This document shows positions 46,425-57,727 of a stretch of DNA of 64,000 nucleotides, piece by piece; position 1 is the first letter of the stretch; each line of letters starts with the position of its first letter. This stretch comes from an uncultured SAR86 cluster bacterium. Lineage in GTDB: Bacteria > Pseudomonadota > Gammaproteobacteria > Magnimaribacterales > D2472. The DNA lies in contig CABXTT010000001.1 in assembly GCA_902515155.1 (NCBI GenBank), forward strand, positions 12,389 to 76,388, in the 5' to 3' direction. Made by a program: the position numbers and the translations under genes. The notes below the pieces were generated by a model. The model was not told the DNA's origin. It was given only the letters and a program-made list of their open reading frames with translations, and ran no database searches.

Positions 46425-49400
46425 TTAGTAACTTAGAAATAATTCTTCTTCTATTAGCAGGTACAGGTTCAATCATATCTATAATAAATCTATTGTCTTT
46501 GTTGATGCTATAAATATTGGGCTTGTTTGTAATTAGTGTCAATATATTATCAAAAACATATTTTTTTATATTAGGAGACAACAGTAATGATGTTTTATTT
46601 TCATTTGAAGAGACTTTTTTAATACCTCTACTATTTATTAATAATCCAATTTCAGCATTATTTATCAAGTTCAGTGTTTCTTCAGGTATTGAGCCACATC
46701 TATCTTCAAGATTTGCTTTAACTTTATTTAACTCTTCAAGATTTTCTGCACTATTTATGGATTTGTATATTTTGAGTCTTTCCAATGCAGAGGGTAGGTA
46801 GGTATCACTGATATAAGAAGAATCATAGAAATTTACTTCTGTTCGTATTAGCTCTTTTTCATTATTAGATTTGAATTTATTTAAAGCACTTTTTAACATA
46901 GAAAGGTAAAGATTAATTCCAACAGTATTAATATGACCACTTTGCTTATCTCCAAGCATTTCACCCCCACCTCTAATTTCTAAATCTTCTTGAGCAATAA
47001 AAAAACCTGAACCTAAGGCAGATAATCTAATGATTGAATCTAATCTTTCCTTAGCAATTTTTGATAAATCAGGTGTTGGTATTAAAAAATAACAATATCC
47101 TTGAGAACTTGATCTACCAACTCTTCCTCTTAATTGATGAAGCTGGGATAGACCAAAATTTTGAGCGTCAATAATAACAATGGTATTTGCATTAGGTATA
47201 TCTAAACCCATTTCTACAATTGTTGTGCAAATAAGTACATCCAATTCTCCAATATCAAATCCAGTCATAACCTTTGATATATCCGTTTTATTTAATTGAC
47301 CATGAGCTATGCCTATTGTGATTTCTGGAAGTAACTTGTTAATTTCATTTTTTAAATTTTCTATTTTAGAAATATCATTTTGAACAATAAAACATTGTCC
47401 GCCCCTTGATATTTCTCTTGTAATAGCCTCCTTAATTAATTGATTTGTGTGAATCTTTAAAAACGACTTAATACTTATTCTATTTACAGGAGGGGAGTGA
47501 AGAAATGAAAATTCTTTTAGGCCTGAAAAAATAAAATTCATTGTTCTTGGTATTGGCGTTGCTGAGAGATATAAAATGTGAATATTTTCCTGTCTTGATT
47601 TAATAAGATCCTTTTGTTTTATTCCAAACTTATGTTCCTCATCTACAATTAGCAATCCTACATTAGAAAAGTCAATTCCAGAGGTAAATAATGCATGAGT
47701 TCCAATCAATATATCAATTTCGTTATTATTGAATGAGCTCACAATAGATGCTTTATTTTTTGATCCTGAATGCCTATTCAAAAGTTTGATATTCACCGGA
47801 AAGTTCTTATATCTATTTAAAAAAGATTCGTAGTGCTGATCTGAAAGAACTGTACTTGGACATAAAATAATAACTTGTTTATTTGAATGAATGGCGATGT
47901 ATGCAGATCGCATTGCTACTTCTGTTTTTCCAAAACCTACATCACCACATAAAACTCTATTCATAGGTTTAATGAGAGAAATATCTTTCTTAATAGAATT
48001 AATAGCCTCTACTTGATCAGGTGTTTCTATATATGGGAAATCTTTATTAAATTCTTCAAATGATTTGTCATCAATTCTGAGTACTGACGAGGTTGATGCC
48101 TGTCTTCTTGATTCTATATCTAGAATTTCTGCTGCATGGTCATATGCTCTTTTAGCAGCTTTATTTTTATTGTTAAGCCATTTATTTGATGATAAAGAAT
48201 CATAATTAATATTTGTTTGAATGTCTGTTTTATGAAATTTTGTTATTAACTCAACGCCTCTAAGAGGAACATATAAGGACTCGTTTCCAGAGTAAATTAT
48301 CTTAATATATTCATTTGGAATTTCGTTTGTAGTTACAATTTCTAAACCATCATATCTTCCTAATCCATACTCCTCATGAACAACCAGATCTCCAGTTTTA
48401 AACATAATATCTTTTTCAATATATTTATTGGTTTCAATATGCTCATCCGATGCTTCAATATTTATATTTAAAAAATATTCTCTATGTACAATATATTCTG
48501 CATTTTTTATATTTATTAATGGTCTAATTATAGGATTTAACATTATGTTTAGTCCTAGCTTTGCCTCATGTCGAAAATTTATTTCATTAATATTTGGTAA
48601 GTATTTTTTTAGAATTATTTCGTATTCACTAGTAATAGAAGTCATCAATATAATTCTTTTTTCCTTTAAGTTATTAAAAACTTCAGCTCGACTAAAATCA
48701 TCAAAATCCTTATATTTAAAATCACTATATTCTGATAAAGAATCACAAAACAAAGGCATTTCATTTACTTTATTTTCTATAAATGAACTTTTTATAAACA
48801 TTTCATCTGGCTTAATTAAGGGTCGTTTAATATCAATATTTTCGTCATTAAACCTTTGCTGAATAAATCTAGAATAGGATTTTATAGAACTAGATAATTC
48901 TTTATTTATGATGAATTTATAATCAGAAAATAACTCAAAAAAATTTGATTTACTCTTAAAGAATAGGGGATGATAGATTTCTGAACCTTCTGTAATCTCT
49001 TTATTATTTAATTTTTGAAATATTTCACAATCTCTTTCATCATAATCTTGAAAATATTCCCTCCATGCATCTTTAAATACTTTTAATCCCGATTCATCCA
49101 ATGAGCTTATTGAGCCCTTAGATAAATTAAATTCAGTTATTTTTTGGATAGATAGTTGAGTATCGACATCAAATAATCTTATAGACTCAATTGAGTCATC
49201 AAAGATTTCAATTCTTAATGGGTTTGAGTATATCGGTGAATAAACATCAACTATTCCTCCTCTAAGTGAGTATTGGTTTAAGGAATCAATTTTATTAACT
49301 TTTAAGTAATTTAAGGATTTCAAAATTGCCTCAAATGATTCTATTGATAGCTTATTTCCTAAATTGAAGTTTTTTCTAGATTTAAAAAAATCAATTTTTG

Positions 49401-49716
49401 GGTATACCTCAAAAAGATTTTTTACTGTAGAAATAATAATTTTATTATTATCAATTGAATTGAGTATTTTAAATCTTTCTTTAACAATAGACTCAGGAAC
49501 TGAGAAATGATCGTATGGAAGAATTTCATTTTCTGGAAAATAATCTACTTTTGTAGCATCTAGATATAAATTAAGTTCATTTTTAAGTAACTTAGCCTCT
49601 TTTGCATTTTCAACAATTACACATAAGGCATTATCCTTATCTTTATTAGCGACAAAAAGTTGATGCGCAAATCTATGGTCAATTGTTGCGCAAATTTGAT
49701 CATTTGTTTTGGCCAT
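46411..49716 (-). CDS. mfd: transcription-repair coupling factor
   Basis: 1101 aa. GDVGFGKTEVAMR, VDEEHKFG, a TRG-motif region and QLHQLRGRVGRS. Confidence 0.95.
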   Translation of the reverse strand: MAKTNDQICATIDHRFAHQLFVANKDKDNALCVIVENAKEAKLLKNELNLYLDATKVDYFPENEILPYDHFSVPESIVKERFKILNSIDNNKIIISTVKNLFEVYPKIDFFKSRKNFNLGNKLSIESFEAILKSLNYLKVNKIDSLNQYSLRGGIVDVYSPIYSNPLRIEIFDDSIESIRLFDVDTQLSIQKITEFNLSKGSISSLDESGLKVFKDAWREYFQDYDERDCEIFQKLNNKEITEGSEIYHPLFFKSKSNFFELFSDYKFIINKELSSSIKSYSRFIQQRFNDENIDIKRPLIKPDEMFIKSSFIENKVNEMPLFCDSLSEYSDFKYKDFDDFSRAEVFNNLKEKRIILMTSITSEYEIILKKYLPNINEINFRHEAKLGLNIMLNPIIRPLINIKNAEYIVHREYFLNINIEASDEHIETNKYIEKDIMFKTGDLVVHEEYGLGRYDGLEIVTTNEIPNEYIKIIYSGNESLYVPLRGVELITKFHKTDIQTNINYDSLSSNKWLNNKNKAAKRAYDHAAEILDIESRRQASTSSVLRIDDKSFEEFNKDFPYIETPDQVEAINSIKKDISLIKPMNRVLCGDVGFGKTEVAMRSAYIAIHSNKQVIILCPSTVLSDQHYESFLNRYKNFPVNIKLLNRHSGSKNKASIVSSFNNNEIDILIGTHALFTSGIDFSNVGLLIVDEEHKFGIKQKDLIKSRQENIHILYLSATPIPRTMNFIFSGLKEFSFLHSPPVNRISIKSFLKIHTNQLIKEAITREISRGGQCFIVQNDISKIENLKNEINKLLPEITIGIAHGQLNKTDISKVMTGFDIGELDVLICTTIVEMGLDIPNANTIVIIDAQNFGLSQLHQLRGRVGRSSSQGYCYFLIPTPDLSKIAKERLDSIIRLSALGSGFFIAQEDLEIRGGGEMLGDKQSGHINTVGINLYLSMLKSALNKFKSNNEKELIRTEVNFYDSSYISDTYLPSALERLKIYKSINSAENLEELNKVKANLEDRCGSIPEETLNLINNAEIGLLINSRGIKKVSSNENKTSLLLSPNIKKYVFDNILTLITNKPNIYSINKDNRFIIDMIEPVPANRRRIISKLLNDII

Positions 49717-49805
49717 TAATTTAATATAAATCCTTTACAAGTGGTGGTCTAATAGCTGTATAATATGCGACGTATTCTATCAATCAAACAACATAAAAGG
49801 TAAAT

Positions 49806-50981
49806 ATGGAATTAAATTTTTCAAAAGAAGATCTACAGTTTAGAGATGAAGTTCGTTCATGGTTAGAGAACGATTATCCAAAACATGTAAAAGCCAAACA
49901 AGATAATGCTGAACCCCTTACAAGACAGGATATGGTAGATTATCATAAAGCTGTTTCTGCTAAAGGTTGGATGGGCTATAACTGGCCTGTTGAATATGGT
50001 GGTACTGGCTGGACAGCTACTCAATTATATATTTTTAATAAAGAATTTGGTCTTGCTGGAACACCCCCATTGTTAGCTTTTGGAGTAAGTATGGTTGCTC
50101 CAGTTATTTATACCTTTGGTAACGAAGAGCAAAAGGCTAAATATTTACCAGATATTCTTGAGTTTAATACTTGGTGGTGTCAAGGCTATTCTGAGCCAGG
50201 ATCTGGATCTGATCTAGCATCACTAAAAACAAAAGCTGTTAAAACATTTGATGGTAAACATTATATTATTAACGGTGCAAAAACATGGACCACATTAGCT
50301 CAAAATGCAGACTGGATTTTTTGTTTAACAAGAACTGAAACAACATCAATCAAGCAAGAAGGAATATCTTTCATTTTAATTGATATGAAAACTCCTGGTA
50401 TTGAAGTAAAGCCTATTATTACTATAGATGGAGAACACGAAGTTAATTCAGTATTTTTTACTGATGTAAAAGTTCCAGTTGAAAACTTAATTGGCGAAGA
50501 GGGTAAAGGTTGGACTTATGCTAAATTCTTATTAGCTCATGAAAGATTCGGAATCGCATCTGTTGGTGGTTCTCTAAGGGCTCTTAACAAGTTAAAAGAA
50601 ATTGCATCAAATCTTGAAAATACTGATTTAGATAAGAAAATTACCGAACTTGAAATTGATCTTAATGCTTTAGAAATTACAGAGTTAAGAATGCTTTCTG
50701 ATCTTGAGAATGGCGGTCAAGTTGGAGCTGAGTCTTCTATTTTAAAAATAAAAGGTACAGAGATACAACAAAGACTTACAGAGCTTATGGTTGAATCTTC
50801 TGGCGAGCATGCGCTTTTATATCCAGGACCTCATGGCTTTGGTTCAAATGATAAGCCAAGTGGACCTGATTATTCTGCTGATGCAGTATCTAAATTCCTT
50901 AATATGAGAAAAACTTCTATATATGGTGGAAGTAATGAGATTCAGAAAAACATTATTTCTAAATTTGTTCTAGGAGTCTAA
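49806..50981 (+). CDS. acyl-CoA dehydrogenase family protein
   Basis: WCQGYSEPGSGSDLASL and a C-terminal IYGGSNEIQKNII. Confidence 0.85.
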   Translation: MELNFSKEDLQFRDEVRSWLENDYPKHVKAKQDNAEPLTRQDMVDYHKAVSAKGWMGYNWPVEYGGTGWTATQLYIFNKEFGLAGTPPLLAFGVSMVAPVIYTFGNEEQKAKYLPDILEFNTWWCQGYSEPGSGSDLASLKTKAVKTFDGKHYIINGAKTWTTLAQNADWIFCLTRTETTSIKQEGISFILIDMKTPGIEVKPIITIDGEHEVNSVFFTDVKVPVENLIGEEGKGWTYAKFLLAHERFGIASVGGSLRALNKLKEIASNLENTDLDKKITELEIDLNALEITELRMLSDLENGGQVGAESSILKIKGTEIQQRLTELMVESSGEHALLYPGPHGFGSNDKPSGPDYSADAVSKFLNMRKTSIYGGSNEIQKNIISKFVLGV

Positions 50982-50983
50982 AA

Positions 50984-52078
50984 ATGAATCTTAACTTTAG
51001 TGAAGAGCAGGTCATGCTCAAAGAAACTATTCAAAAGTTTTGTGATAATGATTATGATTTTTACAAAAGGGAAGAGGTCATCAAGTCTGAAAATGATTTT
51101 GATTTAAATACTTGGAATCTATTTGCTGAACAAGGATGGCTCTCAATGCCATTTTCTGAAGATTCAGGTGGTTTTGGAATGGGCCCAATAGAACTTTCTA
51201 TATTATTTGAAGAATTTGGCAAAGCACTTGTTATTGAACCATATCTATCTACTGTTGTCCTTTCTGGCACACTAATTGATAATTCAAGCTACGAACATAA
51301 AAAAGATATCATTGAAAGAATATGTTCAGGTTCTCTTCATATATCTCTTGCATATGCTGAAGCAAAAAATTCTTATAATTACAATTTACCATCAACTTCA
51401 TTATCATCTGATCTTCTTTTAAACGGAACTAAAAATCTAGTTCTTAATGGAGGAAATGCCAATAAGTTAGTTGTTTCTTGTATTTATAATGAAGAATTAG
51501 CTCTTGTTATTGTAAATGCAGACAAAGATGGAATATCAATGAATACTTTTCCAACAGTTGATGGTCAATCCTGTGCTGAAATAACATTTGAAAATGTATC
51601 AATAAATTCTGAAGATGTTATTGGAACTGGAGATAATGCAATAACTCTCCTAAATAATTCCATTAGTTTAGCTACCTTATGTGTTAGCGCAGAAGCAGTT
51701 GGATGCATGTCGTCATGTTATTTAAAAACAGTTGCATATACAAAAGAAAGAGAACAGTTTGGTCAACCCATATCAAACTTTCAGGTACTCCAACACAGAA
51801 TGGTAGATATGTTTATTGAAAGCGAGCTTTGTAGATCCTTATTAATCAAAGCAATGCTTGAAGTTGATTCCGGTTCAGATGATATGCATAAACATGTTTC
51901 TGGTCTTAAAGCGCAAATAGGTAAGTCTGGTAAGTTTTCTGCTCAACAAGCCGTACAATTGCATGGTGGTATGGGTGTTAGTGATGAGCTTATGATTGGT
52001 CACTACTTAAAAAAATTAATTGTTATTGATGCATTATTTGGAAATACAGACCATCATCTTAAAAAATACGCTCAATAA
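50984..52078 (+). CDS. acyl-CoA dehydrogenase family protein (divergent partner)
   Basis: ACAD fold signatures (REQFGQPISNFQVLQHRMVDM, QLHGGMG). Starts 2 nt after the first ACAD. Confidence 0.8.
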   Translation: MNLNFSEEQVMLKETIQKFCDNDYDFYKREEVIKSENDFDLNTWNLFAEQGWLSMPFSEDSGGFGMGPIELSILFEEFGKALVIEPYLSTVVLSGTLIDNSSYEHKKDIIERICSGSLHISLAYAEAKNSYNYNLPSTSLSSDLLLNGTKNLVLNGGNANKLVVSCIYNEELALVIVNADKDGISMNTFPTVDGQSCAEITFENVSINSEDVIGTGDNAITLLNNSISLATLCVSAEAVGCMSSCYLKTVAYTKEREQFGQPISNFQVLQHRMVDMFIESELCRSLLIKAMLEVDSGSDDMHKHVSGLKAQIGKSGKFSAQQAVQLHGGMGVSDELMIGHYLKKLIVIDALFGNTDHHLKKYAQ

Positions 52079-52147
52079 TAGTATTTATTTATATATCTTT
52101 TTAGCACTAATATTATTATTATTGGATTTTAGATTTATTAATTAATC

Positions 52148-53650
52148 ATGACTGATAATAAAGATACCACATTTCAATCTACTAAAAGACAGAATCGTAT
52201 CTTGCCTGAGGACTCCTTTGGAGATTGGAAGTGGAGAGAGGGACTTGCAGAATTAATGATACCTATAATTGGAAATTTGTATCGTGATGGTATAAATATT
52301 CTTGTTTATGGCAAATCTCTTGTGAATGAATCACCAGTAGAAATTATGAGAGCTCATAGATTTGCTAGACAATCTGATATGAATGAGCTTAGTGAATTAG
52401 AAACATTTCCTATTCTTCAGTATATATCTGGTTTAGATTTAGCTGACTGTGAAATTGATATTGGCGAACTTGCAGTAAGATGTCCGTTTTTTTCAACACT
52501 AAAAGAAGATTCGTCCGGTTTACCTGATTTTATTAATAAAGAACTAAAGTCTGTAATAAATAAAGATTCAAATAGGCCTGAAAGTCCAAAAGATATAGTT
52601 TTATATGGATTTGGAAGAATTGGTCGTTTAGTTACGAGGATGATGATTCAAAATACTGGTCCTGGTAATTATTATAAATTAAAAGCAGTAGTTATTAGAA
52701 AAGCTTCTGATGATGACATTTATAAGCGTGCCAGTCTTCTTTCTAGAGATTCAGTTCATGGTTCTTTTGATGGCACTGTTCGGGTTGATGAAGATAATTC
52801 ATGCTTAGTTATCAATGGAAATCCTGTAAAAATAATATATGCAAATAGTCCTGAAGAGGTTGTTTATTCTGATCATGGCATTAAAGATCCAATAGTAATA
52901 GATAATACTGGGGTATGGAGAGACGAATCTGGATTAGGTCTTCATATAAAGTCAGGTGCATCAAAAACTATTTTAACTGCTCCTGCAAAAGGTGATATAA
53001 AAAATATTGTATTTGGCGTAAACGATGAAATCCTAAATAATGAAGATCAGATTATATCTGCTGCCTCATGCACAACAAATGCGATAGTTCCTGTACTAAA
53101 AGTTCTTAATGATGAATATGGAGTAGAAGGAGGGCATATCGAAACCGTTCATGCCTATACTAATGATCAAAATCTTATTGATAACTTCCATAAAGGTGAT
53201 AGAAGAGGAAGAGGAGCTCCACTAAATATGGTCATTACTTCTACTGGTGCTGTAAAAGCAGTTGGTAAAGCTATACCTGAGCTTGCAGATAAATTAACCG
53301 GTAATGCTATTAGAGTTCCCACCCCAAATGTTAGTTTGGCTATTTTGTCATTAATTCTTAATGTGGATGTGGATAAAGAAAACTTAAATTCCTACCTTAA
53401 ATCAATGGCTTTTCATTCAAAATATCGTGAAATCATTGGCTACGTTAATTCATCAGAAATTGTTTCAACTGACTTTTATTCAAGTCCATTTGCATCAATT
53501 ATCGATTCTCAAGCAACCATTACGAGCGGCAATAGAGTAACTTTGTATTGCTGGTACGATAATGAATACGGTTACTCAAAACAAGTTATTAATTTAGCTA
53601 AAAAAGTAGCTAATATTGAACTTGAAAGATTACCTAAACCAATTAACTAA
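52148..53650 (+). CDS. glyceraldehyde-3-phosphate dehydrogenase with ~140-aa N-terminal extension
   Basis: GFGRIGRL begins at about residue 153. Catalytic SCTTNA is present, and WYDNEYGYS lies near the C-terminus. Confidence 0.85.
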   Translation: MTDNKDTTFQSTKRQNRILPEDSFGDWKWREGLAELMIPIIGNLYRDGINILVYGKSLVNESPVEIMRAHRFARQSDMNELSELETFPILQYISGLDLADCEIDIGELAVRCPFFSTLKEDSSGLPDFINKELKSVINKDSNRPESPKDIVLYGFGRIGRLVTRMMIQNTGPGNYYKLKAVVIRKASDDDIYKRASLLSRDSVHGSFDGTVRVDEDNSCLVINGNPVKIIYANSPEEVVYSDHGIKDPIVIDNTGVWRDESGLGLHIKSGASKTILTAPAKGDIKNIVFGVNDEILNNEDQIISAASCTTNAIVPVLKVLNDEYGVEGGHIETVHAYTNDQNLIDNFHKGDRRGRGAPLNMVITSTGAVKAVGKAIPELADKLTGNAIRVPTPNVSLAILSLILNVDVDKENLNSYLKSMAFHSKYREIIGYVNSSEIVSTDFYSSPFASIIDSQATITSGNRVTLYCWYDNEYGYSKQVINLAKKVANIELERLPKPIN

Positions 53651-53726
53651 AAGTCTTTTATCAACAACATTTTAGATTTATAATCATCACGATTTAAGTT
53701 GTTTTTAACTTTTTTAAGGCGCACAA

Positions 53727-55043
53727 GTGATTAAAATAAATAAAGGTCTAGATTTACCAATTTCTGGTAAACCTGCTCCTGATATTTCTGACAAACCAAA
53801 TGTTTCATCAGTTTCTTTGCTGGGTAACGATTTTGTTGGTATGAAGCCAACTATGTTAGTAAAAGTTGGAGATATAATTAAAGCAGGATCTAAAATAATT
53901 GAAGATAAAAAAAATCCTGGTGTTTTTTTTACAGCTCCTGCTGGTGGTGAAGTAACTGCAGTCAACAGAGGAGAGAAAAGAAAGTTTTTATCTCTTGAAA
54001 TTGAAATAGCTTCAAATGAGGAATTTCATCATTTTTCTTTCGATGACACAGCTATAAGTATTAAGAATTTATTGTTGGACTCAGGCTTATGGAACGCTTT
54101 TAGAACAAGACCATTTAATAGAACCCCATCTATAGATTCCTTACCAAATGCTTTATTTATTAATGCTTGTGATACAAATCCATTATCAATGGACCCATAC
54201 AGTATCATTAAAGATGATCTTGAATTATTTAATTTAGCATTAACTTATTTAAAGAAGTTTTTTACATGCCCGATTCATTTAGCCTATCAAAATGATAACT
54301 TTGATACATCTATTGAAGATATTAATTACCATCAATTTAGTGGCCCTCATCCTGCGGGGCTATCAAGTACCCATATTAATAAGATTTATCCTGTAAGTTT
54401 AGATAGAGTTGCTTGGACTATTGGTTATCAGGAAATAATTTCTATTGGTTATTTATTAAAAAATAACACTATAAGAACACATAAGACGGTTTCACTAGCT
54501 GGCTCCTCTGTTTTCAATCCTTCTCTAATAAGAGCCAGAATTTCTGGTAATCTTGATGAACTTACAGCAGGAAAAATTGATGACAATACAAGAATAATTT
54601 CTGGTTCTGTTATTTATGGTCATTCTTCTGAAGGTGTTATGAATTATCTAGGTTTTTATGATTCTTTAATCTCAGCAATCCCAGATACTGCGAATAACAT
54701 ATTTATGAACTGGCTAATGCCAGGCTCTGAACTTCATTCAAAGCTTAACGTTTTTTCATCGTCATTTTTTAAACCTAAAGATTTTATTTTTAATACTTCG
54801 GTTAATGGAGGAGACAGAGCTATAGTTCCAATTGGTTCATATGAAGAAGTTCTTCCAATGGATATTCTTGTAACACAATTATTAAAATCACTTGTTGTAT
54901 CTGATATCGAAATGTCTACAGATCTTGGGATGCTTGAGTTGGTCCCAGAGGACCTTGCATTATGCTCATATGTTTGTCCTAGTAAATATGATTATGCTTC
55001 TATTTTATTTGATAACCTTAATAAATTTTATTTAGAACAATGA
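53727..55043 (+). CDS. nqrA: Na+-translocating NADH:quinone oxidoreductase subunit A
   Basis: GTG start giving MIKINKGLDLPISG. First gene of a six-gene nqr cluster. Confidence 0.9.
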   Translation: MIKINKGLDLPISGKPAPDISDKPNVSSVSLLGNDFVGMKPTMLVKVGDIIKAGSKIIEDKKNPGVFFTAPAGGEVTAVNRGEKRKFLSLEIEIASNEEFHHFSFDDTAISIKNLLLDSGLWNAFRTRPFNRTPSIDSLPNALFINACDTNPLSMDPYSIIKDDLELFNLALTYLKKFFTCPIHLAYQNDNFDTSIEDINYHQFSGPHPAGLSSTHINKIYPVSLDRVAWTIGYQEIISIGYLLKNNTIRTHKTVSLAGSSVFNPSLIRARISGNLDELTAGKIDDNTRIISGSVIYGHSSEGVMNYLGFYDSLISAIPDTANNIFMNWLMPGSELHSKLNVFSSSFFKPKDFIFNTSVNGGDRAIVPIGSYEEVLPMDILVTQLLKSLVVSDIEMSTDLGMLELVPEDLALCSYVCPSKYDYASILFDNLNKFYLEQ

Positions 55044-56266
55044 AATTTTTAAGAAACTACATTGATGATGTTAAGCCAAATTTTATAGGAGAAGGCAAGT
55101 ATGCTAAATGGTTTCCTTTATTTGATGCTTTTGAAAATTTAGTATTTTCAACACAAACAAAAACTTCAAATCCGATACATGTAAGAGATGCTGTTGATAT
55201 TCAAAAAGTCATGGTCACAGTTTGGTTGGCAACTTTTCCAGCAATGTTTTTTGGTATGTATAATTTAGGAGCTCACTCACTTGAATATTTAGAAGGAATT
55301 AATCAAGCAAATACCGGTGATTGGCATCATTTCATAATTAATATGGTCGGCTACGACTCAACTAGTTTTTTTGCTAAGTTATGGTTTGGAGCAGCATACT
55401 TTATTCCAATATATGCAACAGTTTTTATAGTTGGTATCGGATGGGAAGCCTTATTTGCAATAATTCGCAGACATGAGATTAACGAGGGTGCTTTTGTTTC
55501 AACTGTATTATTTTCACTAAGTTGTCCTCCTGATCTTCCTCTTTGGCAAGCTGCATTAGGAATTACTTTTGGTCTTGTTATTGGTAAAGAAATCTTTGGA
55601 GGAACGGGTAAAAACTTTTTAAATCCTGCACTTACAGGAAGAGCTTTCTTATATTTTGCTTATCCATCACAAATCTCTGGCGATAAAGTATGGATAGCAG
55701 GTCTGGCAGATAATAATATTATTCCTGAAGGCTATAGTGGTGCAACTGCTTTAGGTGTAGCAGCAGAGAGCGGCATGGCTGGAATATATGAGCGTTTTTC
55801 TTGGTGGGATGCATTTTTTGGTTATATTCCCGGATCGGTTGGAGAGACTTCCATAATAGCGATTGGCATAGGCTTGATTATTTTATTAGTTACTAAGGTA
55901 GCTTCATACAGAATTATTCTTGGAACTTTATTTGGTATGATTTTAATGTCATCAATTCTTAATCTTGTCGGATCAGAAACTAATCCTATGTTTTATGTTC
56001 CATGGTATTGGCATGCTGTCATTGGCAGTTTTGCCTTTGGTCTGGTATTTATGGCTACTGAGCCAGTATCAGGATCTGGAACAAATAGTGGCAGATGGAT
56101 ATATGGTTTTGTTATTGGTATAACGGTGATTTTAATAAGAGTTGTTAATCCAGCTTTTCCTGAAGGCATGATGTTAGCAATACTATTTGCAAATCTGTTA
56201 GCACCTGTTATTGACCATATGGTAGTAATGTCAAATATTAAAAGAAGGAAGGCTTTAACAACATGA
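55040..56266 (+). CDS. nqrB: Na+-NQR subunit B
   Basis: Polytopic. GGTGKNFLNPAL, and FMN-attachment-region SGAT-like YSGATALG. Confidence 0.9.
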   Translation: MKFLRNYIDDVKPNFIGEGKYAKWFPLFDAFENLVFSTQTKTSNPIHVRDAVDIQKVMVTVWLATFPAMFFGMYNLGAHSLEYLEGINQANTGDWHHFIINMVGYDSTSFFAKLWFGAAYFIPIYATVFIVGIGWEALFAIIRRHEINEGAFVSTVLFSLSCPPDLPLWQAALGITFGLVIGKEIFGGTGKNFLNPALTGRAFLYFAYPSQISGDKVWIAGLADNNIIPEGYSGATALGVAAESGMAGIYERFSWWDAFFGYIPGSVGETSIIAIGIGLIILLVTKVASYRIILGTLFGMILMSSILNLVGSETNPMFYVPWYWHAVIGSFAFGLVFMATEPVSGSGTNSGRWIYGFVIGITVILIRVVNPAFPEGMMLAILFANLLAPVIDHMVVMSNIKRRKALTT

Positions 56267-57051
56267 ATGACTCTATTACAAAAACATTAGCCGTTGCATT
56301 TTCTATATGCTTAATTTGCTCTTTAGTTGTATCTGTTGCAGCAGTAAGTCTCCGTGATATGCAAAATGAAAATAAAGCTAATGATAAAAAAATAAAAATT
56401 CTTCAAGCTGCTAGGATTTATGATTCAAATATTGATGTAAAGGACCAGTTTGAACAACTTGAGGTTATGTATTTAGATTTTAACAAAGGCGAAGTGCTCA
56501 AAAATGATGTTTTGGAATCCTTTTTATTGGAACATAAGAATGACTATGATCAACTTAGTGCAACTAGAAAAGAAGAGTACTCTACAAAACTAAATACTTC
56601 AGAAGATATCGCTATTATTAAAAGTAGAGAAAATGTTGGTAAGTTTTTCTTACTTAGAAATGAAGATCAAACTATTGATAAAGTTATACTTCCAATAAGA
56701 GGTTACGGTTTGTGGGGAACTCTATTTGGGTATATATCCATAGAAGAGGATTTCAACACCATTGCCGGTTTAGAGTTTTACGATCACAAAGAAACTCCAG
56801 GTCTTGGTGCAGAGGTTGATAATCCTAAATGGAAATCTCAATGGCCAGGCAAAAAAATATTTATTGATAATGATGTCTCAATTGAGGTTATAAAGGGAAA
56901 AGTAGATCCAGATGATGTAAATATTGCATATAAGGTTGACGGTCTATCAGGTGCAACACTTACAAGCAGGGGTGTAACAAATATGATCAAATATTGGTTT
57001 AGTGATTCAGGGTATGCAAAATTATTTAGTGAGTTAAATTATGAATCTTAA
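56263..57051 (+). CDS. nqrC: Na+-NQR subunit C
   Basis: N-terminal anchor and the FMN attachment motif [12 protein letters not shown]. Confidence 0.9.
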   Translation: MNDSITKTLAVAFSICLICSLVVSVAAVSLRDMQNENKANDKKIKILQAARIYDSNIDVKDQFEQLEVMYLDFNKGEVLKNDVLESFLLEHKNDYDQLSATRKEEYSTKLNTSEDIAIIKSRENVGKFFLLRNEDQTIDKVILPIRGYGLWGTLFGYISIEEDFNTIAGLEFYDHKETPGLGAEVDNPKWKSQWPGKKIFIDNDVSIEVIKGKVDPDDVNIAYKVDGLSGATLTSRGVTNMIKYWFSDSGYAKLFSELNYES

Positions 57052-57727
57052 TAGATATAAAGATGTCGTAGTAAAGCCACTTATCGAAGAAAACCCTATA
57101 ACATTACAGATTCTTGGTATATGTTCTGCTTTAGCCGTTACTAATAATTTATCTGTTACTTTAGTAATGTGTGTGGCTTTGACGAGTGTTGTCTCTTTTT
57201 CAAATTTATTTATTTCAATTATAAGAAATCATATTCCTAGTAGTATTCGTATTATTGTTCAGATGACAATTATTGCATCACTTGTAATAGTAGTTGATGA
57301 GTTATTAAAAGCTTACGACTATGAAACTAGTAAAAAATTATCAGTTTTTGTGGGGCTAATTATTACTAATTGTATTGTTATGGGACGAGCTGAAGCTTTT
57401 GCAATGAAAGAGAGACCTCTGCTTAGTTTTTTTGATGGCTTAGGTAACGGCTTGGGTTATAGTTTAATTTTAATTGGCGTTGCAACTATTAGGGAGCTAT
57501 TTGGTTCTGGTACCTTGCTTGGGTATGAGATATTACCTCTTGTTTCAAATGGTGGTTGGTATATGGGCAATAATCTACTATTACTTCCACCCAGCTCATT
57601 CATTATTATTGGATTATTTATATGGGCTATCAGAGAATACAAGCCCGCTCAAGTAGAAGAAGACGAATTTAAAGTCTCAAAACATTCAAGCTACCCAGAT
57701 TTAACAAAAAAGGAATTAAATGTTTGA
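57041..57727 (+). CDS. nqrD: Na+-NQR subunit D
   Basis: RnfE/NqrD-type membrane protein ([17 protein letters not shown]). Confidence 0.9.
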   Translation: MNLNRYKDVVVKPLIEENPITLQILGICSALAVTNNLSVTLVMCVALTSVVSFSNLFISIIRNHIPSSIRIIVQMTIIASLVIVVDELLKAYDYETSKKLSVFVGLIITNCIVMGRAEAFAMKERPLLSFFDGLGNGLGYSLILIGVATIRELFGSGTLLGYEILPLVSNGGWYMGNNLLLLPPSSFIIIGLFIWAIREYKPAQVEEDEFKVSKHSSYPDLTKKELNV

